Source: Desulfatiglandales bacterium (GTDB lineage: Bacteria; Desulfobacterota; DSM-4660; Desulfatiglandales; HGW-15). Taken from it: 64,000 nt of DNA. A program made the translations under genes and the position numbers. The stretch lies in contig CAXXJJ010000004.1 in NCBI GenBank assembly GCA_963667015.2, forward strand, positions 2,144,001-2,208,000, read 5' to 3'. Of this stretch, positions 41,249 to 50,932 are shown piece after piece (position 1 is the stretch's first letter; the number at the start of each line of letters is the position of its first letter). The notes beneath the pieces are model-generated. The model was not told the origin of the DNA. It saw only the letters and a list, made by a program, of their open reading frames with translations, and did not search any database.

Positions 41249-41431
41249 TTACTTAATTACCAAATATCCATCCACAAGATTTATTGACTTTACTTTACCT
41301 TCTATGAATGATCTTTCACCAAAAAGGTTTATCAACCAGAAGCCGTTGGCCTCGGCCTCGATTTTCGCAACTTCTTTCATAAACTCAGTTTTTTTATCTC
41401 CTGAATCTATATATACCGTACTCAAACACAT
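41249..41431 (-). CDS. CooT-family nickel-binding protein
   Basis: MCLSTVY N-terminus, NLFGE motif, 60 aa. Confidence 0.8.
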   Translation of the reverse strand: MCLSTVYIDSGDKKTEFMKEVAKIEAEANGFWLINLFGERSFIEGKVKSINLVDGYLVIK

Positions 41432-41508
41432 ATATCTGCCTCCGACTATAACTTTGCCCTTCTTGCAAAATCTGGCAAGCTTTTTAAATAATTGTTTGTT
41501 GTAATGAG

Positions 41509-42264
41509 CTATTTCCCCATCAGAATATCATATATATTTTCAACTGCATGAAGAGCCTTTCCAGGCTCAGGAACACGACCATCCAGACAGGCTTCAAAAA
41601 TTAGTGGATCATCTGGAATTGTACCGATAATTTCTATCTTCATACTATTTAATTTTCTCGTCAATTTCCACGTCACTCTATCGAAACCAACCTTGTTCAG
41701 CACTGCATAGACCTTCTTTTTCATATTTCCTGCAAGACTCTGGATTTTCTCTGCAACCAACAGGGATTCAAAGGATGGTTCAACAACAATGACTACCTTG
41801 TCAATGGCCTCATCAATGCCCCTTCCAAAATGCTCAACGCCCGCTTCCATATCAACAATGGCAACCTCCTTTTCCTGAAGCCGCAGCTTTTTCAGAAACT
41901 CACGGTTCAATACTCCCATGGGGCATGCACATCCTTCCAGTGCCTGAAGAATCTTCCCGATGCTTACCAGCGCAATCCCGTCTAGACATTGAATATAAGG
42001 AGAAGGAATCTTCTCAATCGTGATTTCAGAATATTTGAAAAGATCCGGTTTCTGCATATTTTCTTTTAACGCAGCCTTACCTCCTAAAAGCTCCATGAGC
42101 GGAAAAGGAGGATTATTAAAACCCAGCATCCTGTAAAGACCTGAATTGGATTCATCAGAATCTATGACCAATGGTGAAAACCCTTTTTCCCTGGCCACGC
42201 TGGCCATCAGAGTGACCAGGGTGCTCTTTCCGCTTCCTCCTTTTCCACAGATGCATATCTTCAT
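41509..42264 (-). CDS. CooC-family P-loop ATPase (nickel insertion)
   Basis: GKGGSGKST, GCACP, DMEAGVEHFGRG. Confidence 0.9.
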   Translation of the reverse strand: MKICICGKGGSGKSTLVTLMASVAREKGFSPLVIDSDESNSGLYRMLGFNNPPFPLMELLGGKAALKENMQKPDLFKYSEITIEKIPSPYIQCLDGIALVSIGKILQALEGCACPMGVLNREFLKKLRLQEKEVAIVDMEAGVEHFGRGIDEAIDKVVIVVEPSFESLLVAEKIQSLAGNMKKKVYAVLNKVGFDRVTWKLTRKLNSMKIEIIGTIPDDPLIFEACLDGRVPEPGKALHAVENIYDILMGK

Positions 42265-42279
42265 TTTTTCTACTTATCC

Positions 42280-42468
42280 CTATATCTCAATAATTGTGAT
42301 TGCACCCTGCCTGCACGCCTCAACACAGCTTTCACACCCTATACAATCTTCGTCATTTACCGAAACCGATATTTTATCATGGAGTTCATACACTTCAACT
42401 GGACATATATCCACACATGTTCCACAGCCACTGCATTTTTCAATATCTACTTCTGGTTTGTAAGACAT
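42280..42468 (-). CDS. 2x[4Fe-4S] ferredoxin
   Basis: CSGCGTCVDICP and CIGCESCVEAC. Confidence 0.92.
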   Translation of the reverse strand: MSYKPEVDIEKCSGCGTCVDICPVEVYELHDKISVSVNDEDCIGCESCVEACRQGAITIIEI

Positions 42469-42488
42469 GATATATTCCTTCCCTCAAA

Positions 42489-42806
42489 TTACAAAACTTC
42501 ATCAATCATTGATTTAATTGCTGACTCAGGTATTGCACCAACAACCTGATCGATCTTTTTACCGTTTTTAAAAGTCATCAACGTAGGTATACCTGTAATG
42601 CCGTAAACACTTGCTACTTTTTGAGCATCATCCACGTTTACCTTACAGAAACTGAGATTATCAGTATAAACGTTCGAAAGTTTTTCAATAACCGGAGAAA
42701 GCATTTTACATGGAGCACACCAGGGGGCCCAGAAATCTACTAATACAGGAATGTTCGATTTCAGGACAACATTCTGAAAATCCTGATCTGATACATCTTT
42801 AATCAT
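42489..42806 (-). CDS. trxA: Thioredoxin
   Basis: VLVDFWAPWCAPC, GIPTL. Confidence 0.93.
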   Translation of the reverse strand: MIKDVSDQDFQNVVLKSNIPVLVDFWAPWCAPCKMLSPVIEKLSNVYTDNLSFCKVNVDDAQKVASVYGITGIPTLMTFKNGKKIDQVVGAIPESAIKSMIDEVL

Positions 42807-42890
42807 CTTTATTATACCTCCCTTATTTTATGTAATCATTAAGCTATCGATAAAGTTCTGTTTTTTCACTGCAGCCTGCAGCAGGAAACA

Positions 42891-43067
42891 TTATGCTCAT
42901 GAGAAGCCATCCGGTGCTGAACAAGCAGATGAAAAAGTGGAAAGCAGTTCTTCCAGCTCATCATTCCCACAATACATGCAGCGTATCTGTTCTTTTTCTC
43001 CTTCTTTCATGCACAATGCATCGAAAATCCTGCCGCACTTTTTACATTTAAATTCATATATGGGCAT
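42891..43067 (-). CDS. FmdB-family zinc-ribbon protein, candidate penultimate Sec (ends at 42897 if TGA is a stop)
   Basis: MPIYEFKCKKCG...CMYCG...SACSAPDGFS-(TGA)-A-(TAA); hairpin GCTGCA-GGC-TGCAGT at 42882-42868. Confidence 0.8.
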
Positions 43068-43099
43068 ATTTATATTCTCCATATCTTTCTAAATATTCT

Positions 43100-43228
43100 T
43101 TAATGTTTTAACAATATTTCAGCCTGGGCCAGCAACGGTGGCTTGAGCCTGCCCAGTGTCAACGAATAGTCATGGATTGGGATTCCGATCCAATCGGAAT
43201 ATTCAAGGAATTCTTCAGGCTTTTTATT
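43100..43228 (-). pseudogene. C-terminal remnant of a DUF1638-like gene
   Basis: KKPEEFLEYSDWIGIPIHDYSLTLGRLK matches ENPEEFLEYCDWMGIPMVPYPVSLDRFK of 21818-22480; no start codon. Confidence 0.7.
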
Positions 43229-43503
43229 ACCTCCTTTACAACCGGGCTAACGTTAAATGTTCAAGCTGAAACCCTGCCCGGGCGTGATTAAGAAACCATG
43301 GGCATCAATATGATTATCGACTAAATTCATGTGGCGAATATCCTAATTTAAACTTTTTTTAAAAATTTATCTCTCATCGAAAAACATGCCATCATGACTA
43401 CAGTCTAAAAACATCGGTTTCTATCCTGCCAAACAGTTATCCGCCCTTACACGCAGTTATCTATCTTTAACCAACAGTTATTCACCATATTGTGTTCAGA
43501 TAA

Positions 43504-43519
43504 TTCAAATAGCATGCCA
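43504..43519 (-). promoter_or_regulatory. sigma54-like promoter with variant -12 (TTGA)
   Basis: TGGCATGCTATTTGAA = GG-N10-GA; GTAAC/GTTAC repeats at 43644-43695. Confidence 0.55.
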
Positions 43520-43745
43520 AATGCAATCCTGGATATATTGTTTTCAGCCATGTTATCCCCAGAGCATAACAACCTAAAATATCAACTAATTTACAGTACA
43601 ATAACATTGGGGAATAAATAATGTAAAACATCTTGACAAAAGAGGTAACGTTACATAACGTAATCAATAACATTTATAACGTTACCATAACGTTTTGTTT
43701 TTTAGTTATGCCTGATCCGATGGGGGGTTTTAAAAAGGACATATT

Positions 43746-45158
43746 ATGCAGAATAAGACAAAAAGCGTGCTGGACCCAAGTTTTTCACATCTGCTGTTTG
43801 AGTCAATGGCAGATGGTGTTTTTACTCTTAATGATGAAGGCCGAATCACATCATGGAACCCTTCTATTGAGCGGATAACCGGCTATACTTCAGATGAAGC
43901 CATTGGCCAGCTTTGTACAATGCTTAACTTTACACAATGTTTTAAACAAAGCTGTCCTGCCAGTATCAGTGATTGTGATATTTACAGACACGGTAAACTT
44001 GATGGCAGGGAATGCATTCTACGCCACAGGGAAGGCTATGACGTCCCTGTGATAAAAAGTGCAAGGCTTGTTAAGGATGAAAGCGGAAACATCAAAGGTG
44101 TTGTAGAAACTGTGACAGATCTTACTGAGCTTAAAAAGGCCAGAAGAAAGGCTGAAGAAGCCGACAGGAAGCTGCATGAAATCCATACCTTCGACAATAT
44201 AATAGGTAAAAGCCATGCCATGCAGCAGGTTTTTACAGCTATCAAAGCTGCTGCCGCAAGCGAAGCAACTATCCTCATCCAGGGCGAAAGCGGAACAGGA
44301 AAAGAGCTTGTTGCAGGTTCTATCCATCATAACAGTGCCCGGAAAGATATGCCCTTTGTCGCGGTTAGCTGCAGTGCACTTTCAGAGACACTCCTTGAAA
44401 GCGAATTATTCGGCCATGTTAAAGGGGCTTATACAGGAGCTATTCGGGATCGTGCGGGACGCTTCGAAGAGGCAAACAGGGGAACAATTTTTCTTGATGA
44501 AATAGGTGAAATCAGCCCCTTTATACAGGTAAAACTTCTCAGAGTTTTGCAGGAAAGAGAGATTGAGCGGGTTGGAGAATCAAAAAAAAGAAAGGTCGAC
44601 ATCAGGATTATCGCGGCGACAAATAAAGAACTCATAGGCCTTGTAAAAAGCGGAGATTTCCGGGAAGACCTCTATTACAGGCTTAAGGTCTATCCGATCA
44701 CTATTCCCACACTGCGGAATAGAAAAGAGGACATCCCTTTATTTGTCAGACATTTCATTACAAATCAAAACAAAAAAACCGGAAAAAAAATAAAGGGTGT
44801 AAAACAGGATACCATGCGAATCATTATGGATTACCAGTGGCCGGGCAATGTCCGTGAACTGGAGAACGCGATAGAACATGCCTTTGTTGTATGCTCCGAG
44901 GATTATATTGACATCTTTGACCTTCCTGTTGAGATACGTCAGATGAATTACCGCCCCAATTTCGCGGAAAACTCCCTATCAGGTAAAGCAAATCCATTTC
45001 ATAAAGGAGAACTTACCCGGAAAAAATTAGAACAAATCCTGAAGGACAGTAACTGGAACAAGGCAGAGGCAGGCAGGCGGATAGGCCTTAGCAGAACAGC
45101 TGTATGGAAGTATATGAAAAAGTGGGATATACCGCTAAAAAAGCCTGGTTCATATTAA
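43746..45158 (+). CDS. PAS-domain sigma54-dependent activator
   Basis: Cys-rich [28 protein letters not shown]. Confidence 0.95.
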   Translation: MQNKTKSVLDPSFSHLLFESMADGVFTLNDEGRITSWNPSIERITGYTSDEAIGQLCTMLNFTQCFKQSCPASISDCDIYRHGKLDGRECILRHREGYDVPVIKSARLVKDESGNIKGVVETVTDLTELKKARRKAEEADRKLHEIHTFDNIIGKSHAMQQVFTAIKAAAASEATILIQGESGTGKELVAGSIHHNSARKDMPFVAVSCSALSETLLESELFGHVKGAYTGAIRDRAGRFEEANRGTIFLDEIGEISPFIQVKLLRVLQEREIERVGESKKRKVDIRIIAATNKELIGLVKSGDFREDLYYRLKVYPITIPTLRNRKEDIPLFVRHFITNQNKKTGKKIKGVKQDTMRIIMDYQWPGNVRELENAIEHAFVVCSEDYIDIFDLPVEIRQMNYRPNFAENSLSGKANPFHKGELTRKKLEQILKDSNWNKAEAGRRIGLSRTAVWKYMKKWDIPLKKPGSY

Positions 45159-45221
45159 AATATAAAAAGGACAGATATCAGGGGCAGTAAAAAAATGATA
45201 TCTATAGAACAGGGAGTTTTT

Positions 45222-46256
45222 ATGCGCCTGCTGATTAATTTTGTAATTTGTAATTTATTATTGTTTAGCACAACGATGTATGCGGATACTAGATCTCCTT
45301 CGGATCAAAAGCTCAGGACATTCAGTCTATACTTCGAAAATGATGTATTTGCCCACGTCGATGAACAGTATACCAATGGATTAAAACTTACCTGGAGCAG
45401 ATACGGATTATCTGAACTGCCTGATGATGCCCTTCTTCACCGGTGGCTGTACCCGATTGTAAAGCAGCTGGGGTTTGCCAATCCTGATACGGAAAAAGCC
45501 CTGACATTTTCAATCGGACAAAATATTTACACCCCTGAAGATACAGATTCGGCTGAACTTATCAGACATGACCGCCCCTATGCCGGGGCAACATATATTG
45601 AACTCGGTTTTCACAGAAAGATTGCGCATCATATGAATACCTTTGGGCTCTGTCTTGGAATCGTTGGGCCTCACTCCTATGCCGAGCAAATTCAAAACGA
45701 GGTGCACGAGCTGCTGGGTTCCAGTGAATCGAAAGGCTGGGACAACCAGCTTAAAGATGAACTGGCCATGACAATAATATATGACTACAAACAAAAGGTC
45801 TTTGCAACCGGCATTAATAAAGGGTTTGGCGGAGATATAATTATTAATGCGGGTGGCGCTCTCGGGACGATAAAAACCTTTGGGGATGCGGGGCTGTCAG
45901 CACGGTACGGATGGAATGTGCCTGATGACTGCGGCAATTTCCCTATTCAGCCGGCAACATGCTTTAATGCAGAGTTGAAACAGTCATCATACAATATACA
46001 CAATCGGTTCGGAGTCCATCTCTTTGCCTCGGTTTCGACCCAGGTAGTATTACGGGATATCTTTCTTGACGGCAATACATTTCGTGACAGTCACAGCGTA
46101 AACAAAAAACCTGTTATCGGTGTTTTTATGGGGGGTATTGGTATCATCATGAATAAAGTCAAGCTTGTATTTGCCTATGTGGCGAGGACAAAGTCCTTTG
46201 AAACTCAAGAAGATTCGGAAATATTCGGTTCGCTTAATTTATCTTTTCGTTATTAA
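45222..46256 (+). CDS. LpxR/DUF2219-family outer-membrane protein (lipid A deacylase-like)
   Basis: Signal peptide, FEND, YTNG, GQNIYTP, DRPYAG, GWDNQL, FLDGNTF. Confidence 0.85.
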   Translation: MRLLINFVICNLLLFSTTMYADTRSPSDQKLRTFSLYFENDVFAHVDEQYTNGLKLTWSRYGLSELPDDALLHRWLYPIVKQLGFANPDTEKALTFSIGQNIYTPEDTDSAELIRHDRPYAGATYIELGFHRKIAHHMNTFGLCLGIVGPHSYAEQIQNEVHELLGSSESKGWDNQLKDELAMTIIYDYKQKVFATGINKGFGGDIIINAGGALGTIKTFGDAGLSARYGWNVPDDCGNFPIQPATCFNAELKQSSYNIHNRFGVHLFASVSTQVVLRDIFLDGNTFRDSHSVNKKPVIGVFMGGIGIIMNKVKLVFAYVARTKSFETQEDSEIFGSLNLSFRY

Positions 46257-46267
46257 GGTTTTAAAAA

Positions 46268-46576
46268 GTGGATAAATTTAAAGTTATTACAGACGCAAGA
46301 GAATTGCTCGAACTTCCGGAAACGGCTTCAATGGCGGAGATAAAAACCCACTATCGTAGGTTACTGGACAAATGGCATCCGGATAAATGCGCTGGCAGTA
46401 AAACAAAATGTACTGAAATGACACAACAGCTTATTGCAGCATATAACATTTTAGTAAATTACTGTGAGCAGTACAAATACTCCTTTACCGAAGAAGCCGT
46501 AAACATGCATCTGACGCCTGAAGAATGGTGGGATAAGCGTTTTGGCGATGATCCCTTATGGGGTAAAAAGACTTAA
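46268..46576 (+). CDS. Small J-domain protein, copy 1
   Basis: WHPDKC J-domain motif, C-terminal WW.RFG.DPLWG. Confidence 0.85.
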   Translation: MDKFKVITDARELLELPETASMAEIKTHYRRLLDKWHPDKCAGSKTKCTEMTQQLIAAYNILVNYCEQYKYSFTEEAVNMHLTPEEWWDKRFGDDPLWGKKT

Positions 46577-46834
46577 CCCTAATAAACGGTACTGAAAATA
46601 TACTGTCTGTTAACACAATTCGTATATTTATCTATTCCCTGAAAACCATTAATTTTATAAAACATTGGAGGCAGGCAGACGACCCCCAGTTGCAGTGAAC
46701 TGAAGATCACCTGCCTGTTTGAGGAGAAAATTTGTACCTGGAGGAGGTACTGCCAAGTTCTTCTCCAAAAGAAAGATGAAAAGTTGTTTTTCTATGGCAT
46801 AGCCATAATTTCATATCACTCTGCCCAAGAGTAT

Positions 46835-46850
46835 TTCAAATGATATGCCA
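46835..46850 (-). promoter_or_regulatory. sigma54-like promoter with variant -12 (TTGA), no clear downstream CDS
   Basis: TGGCATATCATTTGAA; same form as 43504-43519; GTTAC/GTAAC repeats at 46990-47037. Confidence 0.5.
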
Positions 46851-47141
46851 AAAAGAACACTTACACTATTCCGGCAGACAGATAATACATATAAAAATAT
46901 AACCAATTGAATTACATAGCATTTATTCCCCTAATAAGATTTTTTAAATTTGGAGAAACAGGAATTAATATTATTTCTCTTTGATTGAGAACGTTACACA
47001 CCGTTACAAATAGTTAACCGGAACGCTACTGTAACGCTTTAAGTTTTATCAAAATTGTACTCAGGGAAAAGACATGATTTATTCAGGATATAGAGGGATG
47101 CCTCTTTGGCAAAAAAATAATTTAATATTATCCCACAGGAC

Positions 47142-47157
47142 AGGCAAAACCTCTGCT
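47142..47157 (+). promoter_or_regulatory. Candidate sigma54 promoter of the peroxiredoxin operon
   Basis: AGGCAAAACCTCTGCT = GG-N10-GC. Confidence 0.5.
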
Positions 47158-47279
47158 GGGAAAGAAACTTTTTTATCCGGATTAAACTTTAAAATTATAA
47201 AAATATCTCATATGATTATAGATCAAGATTAACTGTTGATTCATACTTTTTCAAATAAACACTACAGGAATAAGGAGGT

Positions 47280-48011
47280 ATGCCTATGGGCGAAGAGTTA
47301 AAGGTAAAATGTGCAAGACCAACCGGCGGACCGGTAGGAGAGTCAATAAAGTCAAATGATTCAAAAGATAAAAATGAAATATCAACTAAGGAGGTGAAGG
47401 CCATGATCCAGGTAGGGAAAAAAGCCCCTGATTTTGCTGCACCGGCATATCAAAATGGAAGCTTTAAAAGTATACAGTTATCAGAATATTTAGGGAAATG
47501 GGTTGTTTTATGTTTTTATCCAGGGGATTTTACTTTTGTCTGAGCGACCGAGGTTGCAGCAGTTGCTGCGAAATATCCGGAATATGAAAAACTCGGAGTA
47601 GAAGTTCTGACAATGAGTGTTGACAGTATATATGTACACAAGATGTGGGTTGACAATGAACTGTCCAAGATGGTCCCGGGAGGCATTCCATTCCCAATGC
47701 TTTCAGATGGCGGTGGAAAGGTAGGAAGTGTATACGGGGTATACAATGAGGATATGGGTGTAAATACCAGGGGAAGATTCATTATTGATCCTGACGGCAT
47801 TGTTCAGGCATATGAAATCCTTACTGACCCTGTTGGAAGGAATGTAATGGAAAGTATCAGACAGATCCAGGCATTTCAGTATGTAAGAAAAAGTGAAGGC
47901 ACAGAGGCCACTCCTGCCGGATGGAAACCCGGGAAGCAGACCCTTAAACCCGGTCCTGACCTGGTTGGTAAAGTTTGGGAAGTATGGAAGACCGATATGG
48001 CCTTTGATTAA
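47280..48011 (+). CDS. prxU: Selenocysteine-containing peroxiredoxin (AhpC/Prx1 family; Sec at TGA 47541-47543)
   Basis: FYPGDFTFV-(TGA)-ATE at the peroxidatic Cys position; ORFs in frame; hairpin TTGCAGC-AGTT-GCTGCGA at 47554-47571. Confidence 0.93.
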
Positions 48012-48021
48012 AAAATGTACC

Positions 48022-48054
48022 GTGTAGAGACAGGTTTTAATCCTGTCTCTACAC
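48022..48054. repeat. GTAG-type REP-like palindrome
   Basis: GTGTAGAGACAGG-TTTTAAT-CCTGTCTCTACAC, perfect 13-bp stem. Confidence 0.65.
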
Positions 48055-48086
48055 AACAACAGGCAATAGGACAGGCTGGAACAAAA

Positions 48087-49088
48087 ATGAAAAATGTAAT
48101 ATCATATATAAAAAAATACCTGCACTACTGGATGATTGTTTCAATCATTCTGGGGCTAGCAAATGTCCATTTTTTAGGAGGCTTCTCAATCCCCAAAGGA
48201 GTACTGGTTTTTCTGGTTGTATTACTCGTAATATTTCCGGCCATGGTCAATACAAAATTTGAGGAGGTCTTTGCTCACCTGAAAGAACCAAGGCCGATCT
48301 TCTGCAGCTTTTTCCTTAATTTTGTGCTTTCGCCCCTTATTGCCTTTTTACTGGGGAAAATTTTTCTATCAGATCATCCCCAATTGTATACGGCACTGAT
48401 TCTTCTATCCCTTGTACCGACAAGCGCCATGAGTGCAGCGTGGACATCCTTTTCAGGTGCAAAGATGGCCACAGCCCTTTATCTTATCCCTGCCAATCTT
48501 CTGTTTACGGCATTTGTCGGGCTCCCCTTTATTCTGCCTCTTTTCATCGGGGATGTAATGACCTTTCAAAAGGCAAACATTGTGAAAACCATATTTCTTG
48601 TTTTTATAATTCCACTGATCCTGGGTGATCTTATGCGCAGACTGATCATAAGGATTAAAAGTCCTGATTTTTTTAATACACGGATCAAGCCCAATCTGGG
48701 AAGCGCAGGGTCTATAGGCATACTGATTCTTGTTTTTCTGATCATGTCACTTAAAAGAAATGCTGTTTTACTGCATAATCTCGACCGGATAGCGGTAATG
48801 ATTCCGCCTGTAGTATTGTTTTATGCCATACTGTATCTAATCAGTGCGGCCTGGGCATTATTTTTAATTAAAAGTAAAACGCTGCCCGGAGAAAAAGCAA
48901 TTGTAATTATTTACACCTCTGTAGCAAGGCATATTAATATCTCTCTTGCCCTCATACTCTCTTCTTTCTCTCTTGAACAATCATCTTCAATGATTCTCCT
49001 GGTAATGACAGCCTATGTGATCCAGGTTCCGTCACTTGCATTCTTCGCACAACATTTCGGGAAACGATTAGTAAATAACATCAATTAG
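48087..49088 (+). CDS. Bile acid:sodium symporter/Acr3-superfamily transporter
   Basis: About 10 TM helices, IFPAM, LNFVLSPL, PTSAMSAAWT motifs. Confidence 0.8.
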   Translation: MKNVISYIKKYLHYWMIVSIILGLANVHFLGGFSIPKGVLVFLVVLLVIFPAMVNTKFEEVFAHLKEPRPIFCSFFLNFVLSPLIAFLLGKIFLSDHPQLYTALILLSLVPTSAMSAAWTSFSGAKMATALYLIPANLLFTAFVGLPFILPLFIGDVMTFQKANIVKTIFLVFIIPLILGDLMRRLIIRIKSPDFFNTRIKPNLGSAGSIGILILVFLIMSLKRNAVLLHNLDRIAVMIPPVVLFYAILYLISAAWALFLIKSKTLPGEKAIVIIYTSVARHINISLALILSSFSLEQSSSMILLVMTAYVIQVPSLAFFAQHFGKRLVNNIN

Positions 49089-49095
49089 TTTAAAT

Positions 49096-49416
49096 ATGAA
49101 TAAATTTAAAGAAATCACAGATGCAAGAAAAGTCCTGGAGCTTTCGGAAACGGCTTCAATAAATGAGATAAAAGATAACTATCGCAGGCTATTGTCCAGA
49201 TGGCATCCGGATAAATGTCTTGAGAACAAGGCAGAATGCACTGAAATAACACAACAACTGACTTCGGCATACAACATTTTGATGCGTTACTGTAATAATT
49301 ATAAATACTCTTTCACTGAAACGACTGTAAACAGACACCTGTCACCCAAAGAGTGGTGGGCTGATCGTTTTGGTAATGATCCTTTATGGGGTAAAAATAC
49401 TAAACCTGAATCTTAA
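49096..49416 (+). CDS. Small J-domain protein, copy 2
   Basis: WHPDKC; close paralog of 46268-46576. Confidence 0.85.
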   Translation: MNKFKEITDARKVLELSETASINEIKDNYRRLLSRWHPDKCLENKAECTEITQQLTSAYNILMRYCNNYKYSFTETTVNRHLSPKEWWADRFGNDPLWGKNTKPES

Positions 49417-49445
49417 AACCTTTTTCAAAATATGCAGGCACTCAT

Positions 49446-50468
49446 TCATCCGCCTATGCTATTCATTGACCGCATGCATTTGTGTTGATGATAAAGGCTC
49501 AGTCCATGATTTTCAGGTTTATTCATAACAGCGATTCTGATAAGTCCAAGAAGATCTTCATCTTCAATGCCTCTTCTCATTGCCGTTTTAAGATCTACCT
49601 CTTTGTCAGAAAAAAGACAACCTCTGAGACCCCCGTCAGCAGTTAAGCGAAGCCGGTTGCACTTATTGCAGAAGTTATGGGTCAAGGCGCCTATAAATCC
49701 TATTTCTCCCTTTGCGCCTTTAAGGGCATATCGTCTTGCAGGACCGTCAAGTACACTCGAAACAACAGGCCTCAGGACGCCCAATTGTTTTATTTTATCG
49801 AAAATCTCTTTAATGGATATAAATGTATCAGTTGCCCAGTTGCTTTTCCCCACAGGCATCATTTCTATAAAACGTACATGAAGGGGCCTGTTATAGGTTA
49901 TTTTAGCGAAATCAAGGATCTCATCGTCATTTATTCCCTTCATTGCCACAACATTGATCTTAATCGGTTTAATTCCGACAGATTCAGCTTCGTCGATCCC
50001 TTCCCATACACGTTCAAAATAATCACGCCTCGTGACAGTTCGAAACCTGTCTTTCTTCAATGTATCCATACTCACATTAATCCGGGATATTCCGCAATCC
50101 CTGAGAGGACGTGCAAATTCTTTCAGCAGGACACCGTTGGTGGTAATGGATATTTCTTCCAGTCCGTCTACAGCGCACAGTTTTTTAATAAAAGGGATAA
50201 TACCCTTTCTTATTAAAGGCTCACCACCCGTGATTCTGACCTTTCGAATACCGTTTGCTGCACATAATGTTACAACACGAAACAGTTCCTCATAGGTCAG
50301 TATCTCATCATGGGGAATAAAATCAATACCTTCTTCAGGCATACAGTAGATACATCTAAGATTGCATCGATCAATTAATGATAAGCGCAGGTAGTTAATA
50401 ACCCTTTTGTTACTGTCACGGAATCCGGTTATTGAATCATAACCAGGCTGTTGCATTCTATTCTTCAT
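49446..50468 (-). CDS. moaA: GTP 3',8-cyclase (molybdenum cofactor biosynthesis)
   Basis: YLRLSLIDRCNLRCIYCMP, FCNKCNRLRLTADG, C-terminal IGG. Confidence 0.96.
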   Translation of the reverse strand: MKNRMQQPGYDSITGFRDSNKRVINYLRLSLIDRCNLRCIYCMPEEGIDFIPHDEILTYEELFRVVTLCAANGIRKVRITGGEPLIRKGIIPFIKKLCAVDGLEEISITTNGVLLKEFARPLRDCGISRINVSMDTLKKDRFRTVTRRDYFERVWEGIDEAESVGIKPIKINVVAMKGINDDEILDFAKITYNRPLHVRFIEMMPVGKSNWATDTFISIKEIFDKIKQLGVLRPVVSSVLDGPARRYALKGAKGEIGFIGALTHNFCNKCNRLRLTADGGLRGCLFSDKEVDLKTAMRRGIEDEDLLGLIRIAVMNKPENHGLSLYHQHKCMRSMNSIGG

Positions 50469-50510
50469 TTATCTCCGCCTTATATAATTATATTTGAGGA
50501 TTATTAATAT

Positions 50511-50711
50511 TCAGGAAGCCTTTTTCTCCTGCATAATAACGAAATGACCATCGAGAAGATTTATAGACTTGATCTCTCCATGAATAAATTCTCTTTCTCC
50601 AAAAAGGTTGATCATCCAGAACCCCTGCTCCCCTGCCTCTACTTTGGCAACATCTTTTAGAATTTCTTTATTTCCATTTTCCGATTCCATATATACTGAA
50701 CTTAAACACAT
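50511..50711 (-). CDS. CooT-family nickel-binding protein, copy 2
   Basis: MCLSSVY, NLFGE; paralog of 41249-41431. Confidence 0.8.
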   Translation of the reverse strand: MCLSSVYMESENGNKEILKDVAKVEAGEQGFWMINLFGEREFIHGEIKSINLLDGHFVIMQEKKAS

Positions 50712-50778
50712 ATCTTCCTCCGATTTAGATTATTTACCAACAAGACACTCAGATACCTTTTGAGCAGCAGAAAAGTCC

Positions 50779-50910
50779 CTAGTTACATTCATCAGCATTG
50801 ACCGGCACTGACTTTTCGTCCTGAAGTTCATAGACGTCTACAGGGCAAACATCAACACACTCTCCACAACCGACACATTTTTCAATATCTACTTCTGGTT
50901 TGTAAGCCAT
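50779..50910 (-). pseudogene. Truncated ferredoxin
   Basis: MAYKPEVDIEKCVGCGECVDVCP...ADECN-stop; paralog of 42280-42468 lacking the second cluster motif. Confidence 0.75.
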
Positions 50911-50932
50911 AATATATCCTCTATAATGCTTA

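Noticed and set aside
46707..46814. 35-codon minus-strand ORF MKLWLCHRK... ending in TGA as a small selenoprotein
   Set aside because: Weak RBS, no family resemblance, and the hairpin after TGA does not share the SECIS geometry
47130..47165. GGCAAA-containing segment as a c-di-GMP-I riboswitch
   Set aside because: Lacks the GAAA tetraloop stem and downstream GCAAAG/P3 elements; better explained as a sigma54 promoter
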